Below, piece after piece: positions 20,455 to 29,043 of a DNA stretch of 64,000 bases; the stretch's first letter is position 1, and each line of letters starts with the position of its first letter. Below the pieces are notes generated by a model. That model saw nothing but the letters and a program-made list of their open reading frames with translations. It did not search any database and had not been told where the DNA came from. The stretch is from an uncultured bacterium. Its GTDB lineage: Bacteria; Krumholzibacteriota; Krumholzibacteriia; LZORAL124-64-63. The stretch is from assembly GCA_963732385.1 (NCBI GenBank), contig CAVSZB010000007.1, positions 1,216,001 to 1,280,000 of the forward strand, written 5' to 3'. The translations under genes and the position numbers were made by a program.

Positions 20455-22125
20455 ATGACCCCCGAAAGCGTTCAGGTCGAAATCGACGGCAGCCAGACCA
20501 CCGCCACGCCGGGGCATTCCCTGCACGACGTGCTGCGAGCCAACGGCGGCGAGGACATCTGGGGCGACAATCCGGTGGTGCTGGCGACCGTGGACGGCCG
20601 CCGGGTCTGCCTCGCGGAGCCACTCTGGGGTGGCGAACGGGTCTCGCTGCTGCGCCGCGCCGATCCGGAGTCGCACTCCACGAGCGTGCGCACGCTCTGC
20701 TCCCTGCTGGCCGTCGCCGCCGAACAGCTTTTTCCCGCCGGGCGGCTGGTGATCGACTTTGGCTACGGATCGGGCCTCTACTGCGAACTGGAAGGCGGGA
20801 CGTTGCTGACAGCGGACTGCCTGGCGCGCCTCGAGACCCGGATGCGGGAACTGGCGGCGCGGGACCTGCCGCTCACGCCCCGGGTCTACGGCCAGCGCGA
20901 ACTGCTGCGGCTGCTGTCCGGTTCGCGCCGCGAATTCAGCTTCCGCGCCGCCCGCTACGCCCGGCAGGATTCCCTCACGCTTTTCACCATGGAAGGATCG
21001 TCCCTCCTCTTCCAGGGACCGCAGCTGCCGAGCACCGGCAGCGTGCGCGCCTTCGCGCTGCGCCCCGAGCCGCCCGGTTTCATGCTGCTGCCGAGCCTCC
21101 CGGGCAGCCCCGACACGGTGACGGAATTCACGCCCCAGCCGAAGCTGCTCGAAACGATGCGCGGCTACTCCCGCTGGAGCGCCCAGCAGGGTTTTCCCGA
21201 TCTCGGTTCGCTCAATCGATTCATCGTGGAGGGACGCGCGGCCGAGGTGATCCATGTCGAGGAGGCGCGGCACGAGCAGACGCTCGTCTCCGCCGCCGTC
21301 CGCGCGACCGCGCTGCCGGACGATGGTCGCCTGATCCTGGTGGCCGGCCCCTCAAGTTCGGGCAAGACCAGTTTCGCCAAGCGCCTGGCGGTGCAGATGC
21401 GCGTGCTGGGCTTCACCCCGTCGGCCCTCTCGCTCGACGATTATTTCGTGCCACGCGACGCCACGCCGCGCGATGCGAACGGAGACTACGACTTCGAGGC
21501 CCTGGACTCGCTCCAGGTCGACCTCTTCAACACCCACCTGCAGGCGCTCCTGGCCGGCGAGGCGGTGCGGCTGCCCCGCTACGATTTCCACTCCGGCAGC
21601 AGCACCCTGCGCGACGAGACGTTCAGCATCCCGCACGGCCAGCCGCTGATCGTCGAGGGCATCCACGCCCTCAACCCCGAATTGACCGCCGCCATTGCCC
21701 AGAACCTGAAACTGCGGGTCTACGTCAGCGCGCTCTGCCACTACAACCTGGACGATCTTTCCTACGTGCCGACCCATTTGTCCCGCCTCTTCCGGCGCAT
21801 CGTCCGCGATGCCATGTTCCGCGGCTACACCGCCTCGCAGACGCTCGCGCGCTGGCCACAGGTCCGGGCCGGCGAGCAGAAGTGGATCTTCCCCTTCCAG
21901 CAGAACGCCGACATCTTCTTCAATGCCGGGCTGGCCTACGAACTGGGCGTTCTCAAGCTGTGGGCGGAGCCGCGGCTGGCGGCAGTGGAGCCGGATGACC
22001 AGAACTACGGGCGGGCCCGCAGCCTGCTGGAACTGCTCTCGCTGGTCCTGCCGATCGATGCGGGGCAGGTGCCGCCCATCTCGCTGTTGCGCGAGTTCAT
22101 CGGCGGCAGCGGCTTCCATTACTGA
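20455..22125 (+). CDS. Uridine/nucleoside kinase-family protein with ThrRS-like N-terminal domain
   Basis: AGPSSSGKTS Walker A, SLDDYF, EGIHALNP, RRIVRD..FRG, GEQKWIFPFQ, LLREFIGGS; RBS before ATG 20455. Confidence 0.88.
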   Translation: MTPESVQVEIDGSQTTATPGHSLHDVLRANGGEDIWGDNPVVLATVDGRRVCLAEPLWGGERVSLLRRADPESHSTSVRTLCSLLAVAAEQLFPAGRLVIDFGYGSGLYCELEGGTLLTADCLARLETRMRELAARDLPLTPRVYGQRELLRLLSGSRREFSFRAARYARQDSLTLFTMEGSSLLFQGPQLPSTGSVRAFALRPEPPGFMLLPSLPGSPDTVTEFTPQPKLLETMRGYSRWSAQQGFPDLGSLNRFIVEGRAAEVIHVEEARHEQTLVSAAVRATALPDDGRLILVAGPSSSGKTSFAKRLAVQMRVLGFTPSALSLDDYFVPRDATPRDANGDYDFEALDSLQVDLFNTHLQALLAGEAVRLPRYDFHSGSSTLRDETFSIPHGQPLIVEGIHALNPELTAAIAQNLKLRVYVSALCHYNLDDLSYVPTHLSRLFRRIVRDAMFRGYTASQTLARWPQVRAGEQKWIFPFQQNADIFFNAGLAYELGVLKLWAEPRLAAVEPDDQNYGRARSLLELLSLVLPIDAGQVPPISLLREFIGGSGFHY

Positions 22126-22149
22126 GGCGGCAGGAAGGCCGGCCGGGCG

Positions 22150-23253
22150 CTACTGCACCAGCCGCCCGGAACGTGCTTCGAGCCAGAGTCGCTCGTATTC
22201 GGCGCGGTTGGCGATGGGACGCCAGAGGTACATACGGTTCAGCCGATTCGGATCGTCGAGGTGGAGTTCCGCCCGGCGCCCCGGGCTCAAACGCTGCGCC
22301 GCGATCGCGCTGGCCGGCGCAAAGTCGTTCTGTCCGCTCATCGCGAGTTGCACCGCCGGCCCGATCATGAGGTCGGCCAGGCGGGCGGCAAGCTCGGGCG
22401 ACGCTGTACCGGCGCTGACACAGACGTTGTCGATGAACCCCGTGACCCCCTCATCCGGCGAGGCCATGACCCAGCGCCTGCGTCCCGCCTGCCGATTGGC
22501 CTTCGCCACCACGTTCGGCCAGGTCACGTTCAACACGATGCGTCCCGCGGCCATTGCCTCGAGCTGGGTCGCCTCGTCGCGCCAGAACAGGCAGCCGGCG
22601 TCGCGCAGCAGCGCCGCGCGCCGCGCCGCCGCCCAGAGCGGCTGGCCGGTGAGCGAGAAGGCGCCGCGCTGGCTGTCGGCCAGAGCCGCCGTCCAGAGCA
22701 CCGACAGATCGTCCCAGTGCGCGATTCGTCCCCGCCAGGCCGGTTCCCACAGGATCCGCCAGCTCTTCGGCGCTTCCGGCACGACTTCCGTGTCGTAGGC
22801 CAGCCCCATCTCGCCCCAGGCGAACGGAGCGCAGTAGTCGAGCCGTTCGAGGTGCCCGTAGCGGACGTGCCGCAGCGACGGCAGGAGATCATCATAGTTC
22901 GCGAGGCGTCCCCGCGGCAGCGGTCTCAACAGCCCTTCGGCGATCATCACCGGCACGACATCGCAACTGACCACGCACAGGTCGAAGCCGCCGACCCGCA
23001 TGGCGCGCAGGATCTCGTCGTTGGTCGCGAAGACGACCGCGGTCACCACCGCCCCTGTCTCGCGCTCGAATTCCGCCCAGCCGAGCGGTTTGTCGGGCCG
23101 CGCGGGGTCGCAGTACACGTCCCAGGTGGCGATCCGCACGGTCCCGGTCGTCGACGTCGTTTCCGCGCCCGGCGCGGCTGGCGGCCCGGAGACCAGCGCC
23201 AGCAGGCTCAGCCACAACGCGGGCAGCAAGCGGCGGGGAAACACGACAGGCAC
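22150..23253 (-). CDS. PotD/PotF-like ABC substrate-binding protein
   Basis: Signal peptide; FERETG, PFAWGEMGLAY, PKSWRILW, PDEG..GFID; GGAGG RBS before GTG 23253. Confidence 0.8.
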   Translation of the reverse strand: MPVVFPRRLLPALWLSLLALVSGPPAAPGAETTSTTGTVRIATWDVYCDPARPDKPLGWAEFERETGAVVTAVVFATNDEILRAMRVGGFDLCVVSCDVVPVMIAEGLLRPLPRGRLANYDDLLPSLRHVRYGHLERLDYCAPFAWGEMGLAYDTEVVPEAPKSWRILWEPAWRGRIAHWDDLSVLWTAALADSQRGAFSLTGQPLWAAARRAALLRDAGCLFWRDEATQLEAMAAGRIVLNVTWPNVVAKANRQAGRRRWVMASPDEGVTGFIDNVCVSAGTASPELAARLADLMIGPAVQLAMSGQNDFAPASAIAAQRLSPGRRAELHLDDPNRLNRMYLWRPIANRAEYERLWLEARSGRLVQ

Positions 23254-23356
23254 CGTCCACCTCCGGAGGCACGGACAGCCGCGGGCCCCACGCCGCGCGG
23301 TTTCCAGCAACCCCGGTTTTCGGCAGTCGGCAGCGCCGGTTGAGCATTCCCCGCGA

Positions 23357-23839
23357 TCAGGGAAGCAGGAAGGTCCCGTTCAGGCGCGTGGTCGCCTCTT
23401 CGATCCGATCCTCGTCGATGACGCAGGAAACGGTCGAAATGGAGGTGCTGATGGCATGGACCTCGATGCCGGCGCCAGCCATGGCGTCGAAGATGAGTCC
23501 GGCTATCGAAGGCCGCTCGCTGAAGTGCGGCCCGTAGACCGACACGACGCAGCAGTTGCGCACCACCTCGACCGCCTCGGCCTCGATCTCCTCCCGGACG
23601 ATCTGCATCAGGCCGAGGGTCTGGTCGAGATCGGCGCGGTTGATGGCGAAGCAGATGTTGTCGCGGCGGTCGAGATCCGCGAAACAGACCACGCACAGGA
23701 CGTTGATCCCGTGCCGGCCCAGGGCCGACAGCGTTCGCCCGGCCGAGCCGGGTCCGCGCCGGGCGCCGAGCACGCGCACGAGCACCAGCCCGCGCGTTTC
23801 GAGCATACCACCGATGGCGATCTTACCGGTCCTGGCCAC
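23357..23839 (-). CDS. Stand-alone tandem ACT-domain protein (aspartokinase regulatory-domain-like)
   Basis: PGSAGRTLSALGRHGINV and VSVYGPHFSERPSIAGLIFDAMAGAGIEVHAISTSISTVSCVI; only the last ~160 aa of the 936-aa ORF look coding. Confidence 0.8.
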   Translation of the reverse strand: MARTGKIAIGGMLETRGLVLVRVLGARRGPGSAGRTLSALGRHGINVLCVVCFADLDRRDNICFAINRADLDQTLGLMQIVREEIEAEAVEVVRNCCVVSVYGPHFSERPSIAGLIFDAMAGAGIEVHAISTSISTVSCVIDEDRIEEATTRLNGTFLLP

Positions 23840-23967
23840 GACCGCTCCCCACCGCCCGAGCCTCAGCGGACCTGCGCGATCCATCCGTGCCGGGCGATTG
23901 CAACAATGGTCGGCGACGGCGGGTCGCACAACCGGGAATTCCGCGCCGGTGCTGCCGCGCGCCGGAC

Positions 23968-23996
23968 TTGACAGCGGCGGCCTCCTGCCGTAATTC
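23968..23996 (+). promoter_or_regulatory. Sigma70-like promoter upstream of elbB
   Basis: TTGACA-17 nt-TAATTC. Confidence 0.45.
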
Positions 23997-24079
23997 CGAG
24001 AGGTTCGCACGGGGGAAGGCGAACCGTCCGCTCGCGAGCGTCTCTGCCCCGGATCCGAACCATAGGAAGGCTGTGCGCA

Positions 24080-24739
24080 ATGAAACGCGTCGCTGTGATT
24101 CTTTGCGGATGCGGCGTCAGGGACGGCTCGGAAATCCACGAAGCCGTGGCCACCCTGCTGGCGCTCGACCGGGCCGGCGCCGAAGCGCTTGTTTTCGCGC
24201 CACGCGGCCCGCAGCACGATGTGGTCGACCATCTGACCGGCCGGCCCGACCCCGGGCAGACGCGCGACATGCTGGTCGAGTCCGCCCGCATCGCCCGCGG
24301 CCGCATCCTCGACCTGGCGGAACTGAAGATCGCCGACGTACACGCCGTGATCCTGCCGGGCGGCTTCGGCGCGGCCAAAAACCTCTGTTCCTTCGCCAGC
24401 GAGGGCGCGGCCTGTTCCATCCATCCGGAGGTGGCGCGTGTGCTGCGCGAGGCCCATCGCGCCCGCAAGCCGATCGGCGCGCTCTGCATCGCGCCGGTGA
24501 TCGTGGCGCGGGTGCTCGGCGCCGAGACCCACGCCCTGCTTACGATCGGCAACGATCCCGGCACGGCGACGGCCCTCGTTCAGATGGGCGCGCGGCACAT
24601 CGACGCGGCCGTCACGACCGCCATCGTGGACAAAACCAATCTGATTGTCACCACGCCGTGCTACATGCTGGCCGGGCGCATCGCCGAAGTTTTCGACGGC
24701 GCCGCGGCTCTGGTCCGGGAGATCCTGGATCTCACCTGA
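24080..24739 (+). CDS. elbB: Glyoxalase ElbB (DJ-1/PfpI family)
   Basis: GCGVRDGSEIHEAV, ESARIARG, PGGFGAAKNL, LCIAP, TTPCYM. Confidence 0.92.
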   Translation: MKRVAVILCGCGVRDGSEIHEAVATLLALDRAGAEALVFAPRGPQHDVVDHLTGRPDPGQTRDMLVESARIARGRILDLAELKIADVHAVILPGGFGAAKNLCSFASEGAACSIHPEVARVLREAHRARKPIGALCIAPVIVARVLGAETHALLTIGNDPGTATALVQMGARHIDAAVTTAIVDKTNLIVTTPCYMLAGRIAEVFDGAAALVREILDLT

Positions 24740-24853
24740 GGAAGCCCGCGCAACGCTTTGAGCTTGCCCGGCGAAGCGCGATGGGATAACCTGCATGCCT
24801 GCGCCGACAACCTGCCGCGCACGCTCCAGCCACCCGGAAGGACAGGTCATCAG

Positions 24854-26131
24854 ATGAGCCACTCCTTGCGAAGCACCGACCGCCCGGTCGACCGGGCCGC
24901 CGTCCGAGCGGAGGTCAACGACGAACCGCTTTCCCTGCCGCCCCGCACAGGCACCCCCTGGGGAACTCTCTCCGCACGCGTCATCAGCGTGGTCAGCCGC
25001 AAGGGCGGGGTCGGGAAGACCACCTCGACGATCAACCTCGGCGCGACCTTCGCGCTCGCCGGCCATTCCGTGCTCCTGATCGGCACCGATCCGCAGTGCG
25101 GCATCTCGCGCAGCCTCGGGCGCGACAAGTACGATCTCGACAGCGGCCTGCTCGACGTATTCCAGGCTCACGTCCCGCTCAATCACCTGGCGTATCCGAC
25201 CGCGATCGATCACCTGCATTTCGTCACGCCCAACGTCTGGACGCTCGCCGAGGAGGAGGAATTCAAGCGCCTGCTGGAGCACGAATCCGACACCTTTCTG
25301 AGCGCCGTCGACCGGGCCCGCAACCTGTACGACACCATCCTCATCGACTGCCCGCCGGGGCTGGGCCCGGAATCCAGAGCCTCCCTGCTCGCCTCCGACA
25401 GCTACCTGGTGCCGGTGCAGGCGGAAGAGCTCTGTCGTGATTCCCTGGGACGTCTGCTGGCCTTCATCCAGAGCTTCCGCGACGAGACACACGCAGAGTC
25501 GAATCTCAGCGGCCAGGAGGCCGCCACCGCTCCTCCCGTCCTCGAAGGGCTGTTCCTGACGATGTCCAACCCGCGCACCCGGATGGGACGCCATGTGGCG
25601 GCGCGCGTGGCGGAGGAATACGGGCTCGACCTGTTCGCCGCCGCGATTCCGCGCACTGCGCGCCTGGCCGAGATGGCTTTGCGCGGCAAACCGGCGGTCA
25701 TCTACGACCGTCGCTCCGCCGGCAGCCGGGCCTACTTCGATCTGATGGACGAGATCATGGCCCGCTGGGACAGCCAGCGCGCCGCCGGTCAGGCTGAAGC
25801 GACCCGCGCCGCAGCGAAGCCGGGCAACGGCGGCGCCCACCACGACCGCGCCGCCAACTTGTTCGCGCTCGCCGCGGCCGCAGGGCTGTACCTGCCCGGC
25901 GGGCTCGGCCTGACCGCAGCGGACAACGACGCCGATTACGACGCCAATGACCAGGACAAAGCCGGCGTTGAAGCGGTCTGGGACGGTCTGCCCGGCGAGG
26001 GCGAGCCCGAAATGGTCTCCCTGGACGAGATGATCGAGAACGAGGAGGAGAGCCTGCTCGCCTCCGGCGATGAAGACTGGGAGGAGCGCCGCTGGGGCGA
26101 CGAAGCCGAACGCCAGGAACGCTTCCACTGA
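24854..26131 (+). CDS. ParA/Soj-family ATPase with acidic C-terminal extension
   Basis: KGGVGKTT deviant Walker A, DPQ, ILIDCPP, VPVQAE, IPRTARLAE; start position uncertain. Confidence 0.85.
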   Translation: MSHSLRSTDRPVDRAAVRAEVNDEPLSLPPRTGTPWGTLSARVISVVSRKGGVGKTTSTINLGATFALAGHSVLLIGTDPQCGISRSLGRDKYDLDSGLLDVFQAHVPLNHLAYPTAIDHLHFVTPNVWTLAEEEEFKRLLEHESDTFLSAVDRARNLYDTILIDCPPGLGPESRASLLASDSYLVPVQAEELCRDSLGRLLAFIQSFRDETHAESNLSGQEAATAPPVLEGLFLTMSNPRTRMGRHVAARVAEEYGLDLFAAAIPRTARLAEMALRGKPAVIYDRRSAGSRAYFDLMDEIMARWDSQRAAGQAEATRAAAKPGNGGAHHDRAANLFALAAAAGLYLPGGLGLTAADNDADYDANDQDKAGVEAVWDGLPGEGEPEMVSLDEMIENEEESLLASGDEDWEERRWGDEAERQERFH

Positions 26132-26241
26132 GGACGCGCGACCCGGCGTTGCCCGCGGCGGGCGCACCGGTTACCTTTCCACCGGCGGCGCGGGCGCTCC
26201 GCCCGCGCCGCCGGTCCCTTCCCAGCGCAAGGAATGGAGCC

Positions 26242-27417
26242 ATGGCCGCCGACCAGATGAAGGCTCTCGTCTACGACAAATCCACCATGCCCTGGGACTC
26301 CACGCGCGGGTTCGTCCGCCGCGAGATTCCCCGTCCCGTCCTCGACGCCCGCGCAGACCCCGCCGACGCCGAAAATGTCCTCGTGAAAGTGATCTACGCC
26401 GGGTTCTGCGGCAGCGATCGCGGCATCTGGAACCGGACCGCGTTCAAGGGGGCGATTTTCGACAGCCTCAAACGCGAGGGAAAGACGGTCCGCACGATCG
26501 GCCACGAGCTCGTGGGCGAAATCGTCGCCGTCGGAGAGCGCGCCGCCACGCGGTACGGCTATCACCCGAAGGACATCGTGTCCGCCGAGTCGCACATCAT
26601 CTGCGGCACCTGCTATCAGTGCGGCATCGGCCAGACACATATCTGCAGCCGCGACGTGATCATGGGCATCGGACGCGACGGCTGTTTCGCGGAGTACATC
26701 AAGCTGCCGGCGCAGGTGCTCTGGCCGACCGATCCGCGTCGGATCAAGCTCAAGGTCGCCGCCGTCCAGGAGCCGTTCGGCAACGCGGTGCACGCCTGCA
26801 CCGCCGTCGACATCCGCGGCAAAACCGTGGGCGTTTTCGGCTGCGGGACCATCGGCCTGTTCGTGATCATGATCGCCAAGGCCCTCGGGGCCACCCGCGT
26901 GATCGGCGTGGAGCCGGTGGCGAAGAACCAGGAGATGGCGCGCCAGCTTGGCGCGGACGAGATCATCGCGCCCGGCTCCGGTTCGGCCGCGGCCCACGGC
27001 TGGGCCGCCGACGACGAAGTCGTGCGCGCGGTGCGCGAGGCCGCCGGCGGCATCGGCGTCGACGTGGCGATCGAGATGGCGGGGTTCAACAGCAGTGTCA
27101 ACAACGCCATCCAGTCCACCCGGCGCGGCGGCGAGGTCGTGCTGTTCGGCCTGAAGCAGGGCAACTTCAAGCTGCAGGCGTTCGACCGCCTGATCGTCAA
27201 CGGCATCAACCTCCACAGCGTCATCGGACGGCGCATTTTCGCCACCTGGCACATCACGCGCAATCTGCTCGAAGACAAGAGCAACGGGATTCAGAAGCAC
27301 ATCCACGGGACGATCCTGGGCGGGGGCGAGGAGACCGTCGTGCACATCGATGATTTCTCGCCCGAGGCTTTCGAACTGAAGCTGGCCGCCTGGCCCAAAC
27401 TGCTGCTCCAGTTCTGA
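26242..27417 (+). CDS. Zn-dependent MDR dehydrogenase, L-threonine 3-dehydrogenase-like
   Basis: CGSD, GHE, AESHIICGTCYQC...C, DGCFAEY, EPFGNAVH, GCGTIG. Confidence 0.85.
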   Translation: MAADQMKALVYDKSTMPWDSTRGFVRREIPRPVLDARADPADAENVLVKVIYAGFCGSDRGIWNRTAFKGAIFDSLKREGKTVRTIGHELVGEIVAVGERAATRYGYHPKDIVSAESHIICGTCYQCGIGQTHICSRDVIMGIGRDGCFAEYIKLPAQVLWPTDPRRIKLKVAAVQEPFGNAVHACTAVDIRGKTVGVFGCGTIGLFVIMIAKALGATRVIGVEPVAKNQEMARQLGADEIIAPGSGSAAAHGWAADDEVVRAVREAAGGIGVDVAIEMAGFNSSVNNAIQSTRRGGEVVLFGLKQGNFKLQAFDRLIVNGINLHSVIGRRIFATWHITRNLLEDKSNGIQKHIHGTILGGGEETVVHIDDFSPEAFELKLAAWPKLLLQF

Positions 27418-27431
27418 CGGGAGGTCCGGCC

Positions 27432-27650
27432 TTGAAGATCACGATCGAGTACTGCCAGGTCTGAGGCTATCTGCCGCGGGCGGCCGGTCTGGCCGCCCTG
27501 GTACGCGCGAAGACCGGAATCGATCCGGAACTGGTGGCGTCCTCCGGCGGAGTATTTGAAGTGTCCGTCGATGGACACCTGCTGTTTTCCAAGCGGGCGC
27601 AGGGGCGGTTCCCGGATGACGCCGAGATCCTCGCCGCGCTCGACGGTTGA
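27432..27650 (+). CDS. Rdx (SelW/SelT/SelH) family selenoprotein with CxxU motif
   Basis: Absent from the ORF track. GGGAGG RBS, TTG start; MKITIEYCQV-U(TGA 27462-27464)-GYLPRAAGLA...SSGGVFEVSVDGHLLFSKRAQGRFPDDAEILAALDG; SECIS-like hairpin follows. Confidence 0.92.
27478..27498 (+). promoter_or_regulatory. Bacterial SECIS element
   Basis: GGGCGGCC-GGTCT-GGCCGCCC hairpin starting 13 nt after the in-frame UGA; G-leading apical loop like the fdhF-type GGUC loop. Confidence 0.8.
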
Positions 27651-27669
27651 ACCGGTGGAGACGCGAACG

Positions 27670-28356
27670 ATGGCGTGCGACACGGCGCTCATCTTCGATA
27701 CCGACGGCACGCTGCTTGACGCGCGCGATGCGATCGTTGACGCCGTGGCCGAGGGTCTCGCCGACACCTACCGGCACTTCGACCTGCTCCCCCCGCCACC
27801 CGACCGCGTCCGCATCCTGGCGACGATCGGGCTGCCCTCCTCCCGTTTCTTCCGCGAAGCGTACCCCGCCGGCACCGTGCCGGACGAGCTCACCGACCGT
27901 TTCGCCGGCGAGTTCGAGGTGCGGTCCACCCGCGCCGAGGTCGCGGCGCTTCGACGCGGCGCGGTGGCGCTCTTCCCCGGCGTCGAGGAGACCCTCGCGC
28001 ACCTCGCGGAACGCGGTCACCCCCTCCTGCTCTTTTCCAACGCGAGCGCCCCGTACTTCGACACCGTGGTCGAGGTGCACGGGCTGCACCGCTTCTTCCA
28101 CCGCTCGCTATCGCTCGAGGAGGCCGTGCGCCTACGCGCCGCCCGCGACAAGACCGGCATGGTCCGCCACCTGGTCGCGGACCACCCCCGCGCTGTGGTG
28201 ATCGGCGACCGGGTGCACGATGTCGAGGCGGGACGCGCCGCGGGCGCCCGCACCGTGGGTTGCCTGTGGGGATTCGGCGAACCCGGAGAACTGTCCGAAG
28301 CCGACTGGCTGGCGGACGAACCGGCCGGCCTGCTCGCCCTCCCGCTGACGCGCTAG
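27670..28356 (+). CDS. HAD-superfamily hydrolase (phosphoglycolate phosphatase-like)
   Basis: FDTDGTLLD motif I, FPGV, SN, K, IGDRVHD motif IV. Confidence 0.88.
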   Translation: MACDTALIFDTDGTLLDARDAIVDAVAEGLADTYRHFDLLPPPPDRVRILATIGLPSSRFFREAYPAGTVPDELTDRFAGEFEVRSTRAEVAALRRGAVALFPGVEETLAHLAERGHPLLLFSNASAPYFDTVVEVHGLHRFFHRSLSLEEAVRLRAARDKTGMVRHLVADHPRAVVIGDRVHDVEAGRAAGARTVGCLWGFGEPGELSEADWLADEPAGLLALPLTR

Positions 28357-28958
28357 CGGCCGTCGCGCGACGCCCGCAATTCCGCCTGCAACGCCGCCAG
28401 CTCGCGCCGCAGACCGTCGATCTCGGCGCGCAGAGCCGACCGTCCGTCGTCCCGCTCCGCGCGGGCTTCGCTCCGGGCCTCCTCGCGCGCCTTGCGCCCG
28501 GCCCGTGCAGCCGCGCCATGGCGCCCCGCGGGCGCGTGCTCGCCGACCTCGGCGAAAGCGAGTTCGAGTGCCTCTTTCACTTCGCCCATGATGGCGTCGA
28601 CATCGATCACCGCTTCGTGGCCGTCCTCGCGGATGATGAGGCGGCGGCCGCTCCGCTCGGACACGACCTGCACCGTATCGAGTTCCGCCAGCGCCCGTGA
28701 AACTTCCTGCATGGCCGCGCCGATCGCCTCGCCGATGCCGGAGAGGTCGATCTCCAGGGTATCCTTGTCGTCACCGTCCGTGATCACGCGCACCCGGCAC
28801 CGGTGATCACCGGCGGGGCCGGCCTCGTCATCGTCGGCGGCCACGACGACGGCCGTCGTTGAGCCACAATCCGTGGCGTTCGCCGGCAGGGCGGTCAGCA
28901 GGATGGCGAAACCGCCGGTCAAAAGTGCCAGGACGGGGGGAAGCGGGTGGCAGCGCAT
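28353..28958 (-). CDS. Hypothetical exported protein with C-terminal coiled coil
   Basis: Signal peptide; GGAGG RBS; LRAEIDGLRRELAALQAEL heptads. Confidence 0.6.
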   Translation of the reverse strand: MRCHPLPPVLALLTGGFAILLTALPANATDCGSTTAVVVAADDDEAGPAGDHRCRVRVITDGDDKDTLEIDLSGIGEAIGAAMQEVSRALAELDTVQVVSERSGRRLIIREDGHEAVIDVDAIMGEVKEALELAFAEVGEHAPAGRHGAAARAGRKAREEARSEARAERDDGRSALRAEIDGLRRELAALQAELRASRDGR

Positions 28959-29043
28959 TACGATAACCTCCGGTGGAACGCTCGCCGATCACACAGGGAG
29001 TGCTTTCCTACGCGCGACACTATCCGGAGGTTGCGTCGGGCGG

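Noticed and set aside
24002..24025. GGTTCGC...GGGAAG-GCGAACC hairpin echoing the riboswitch closing helix
   Set aside because: Too short and lacks the other cobalamin riboswitch elements; probably an ordinary 5' UTR hairpin
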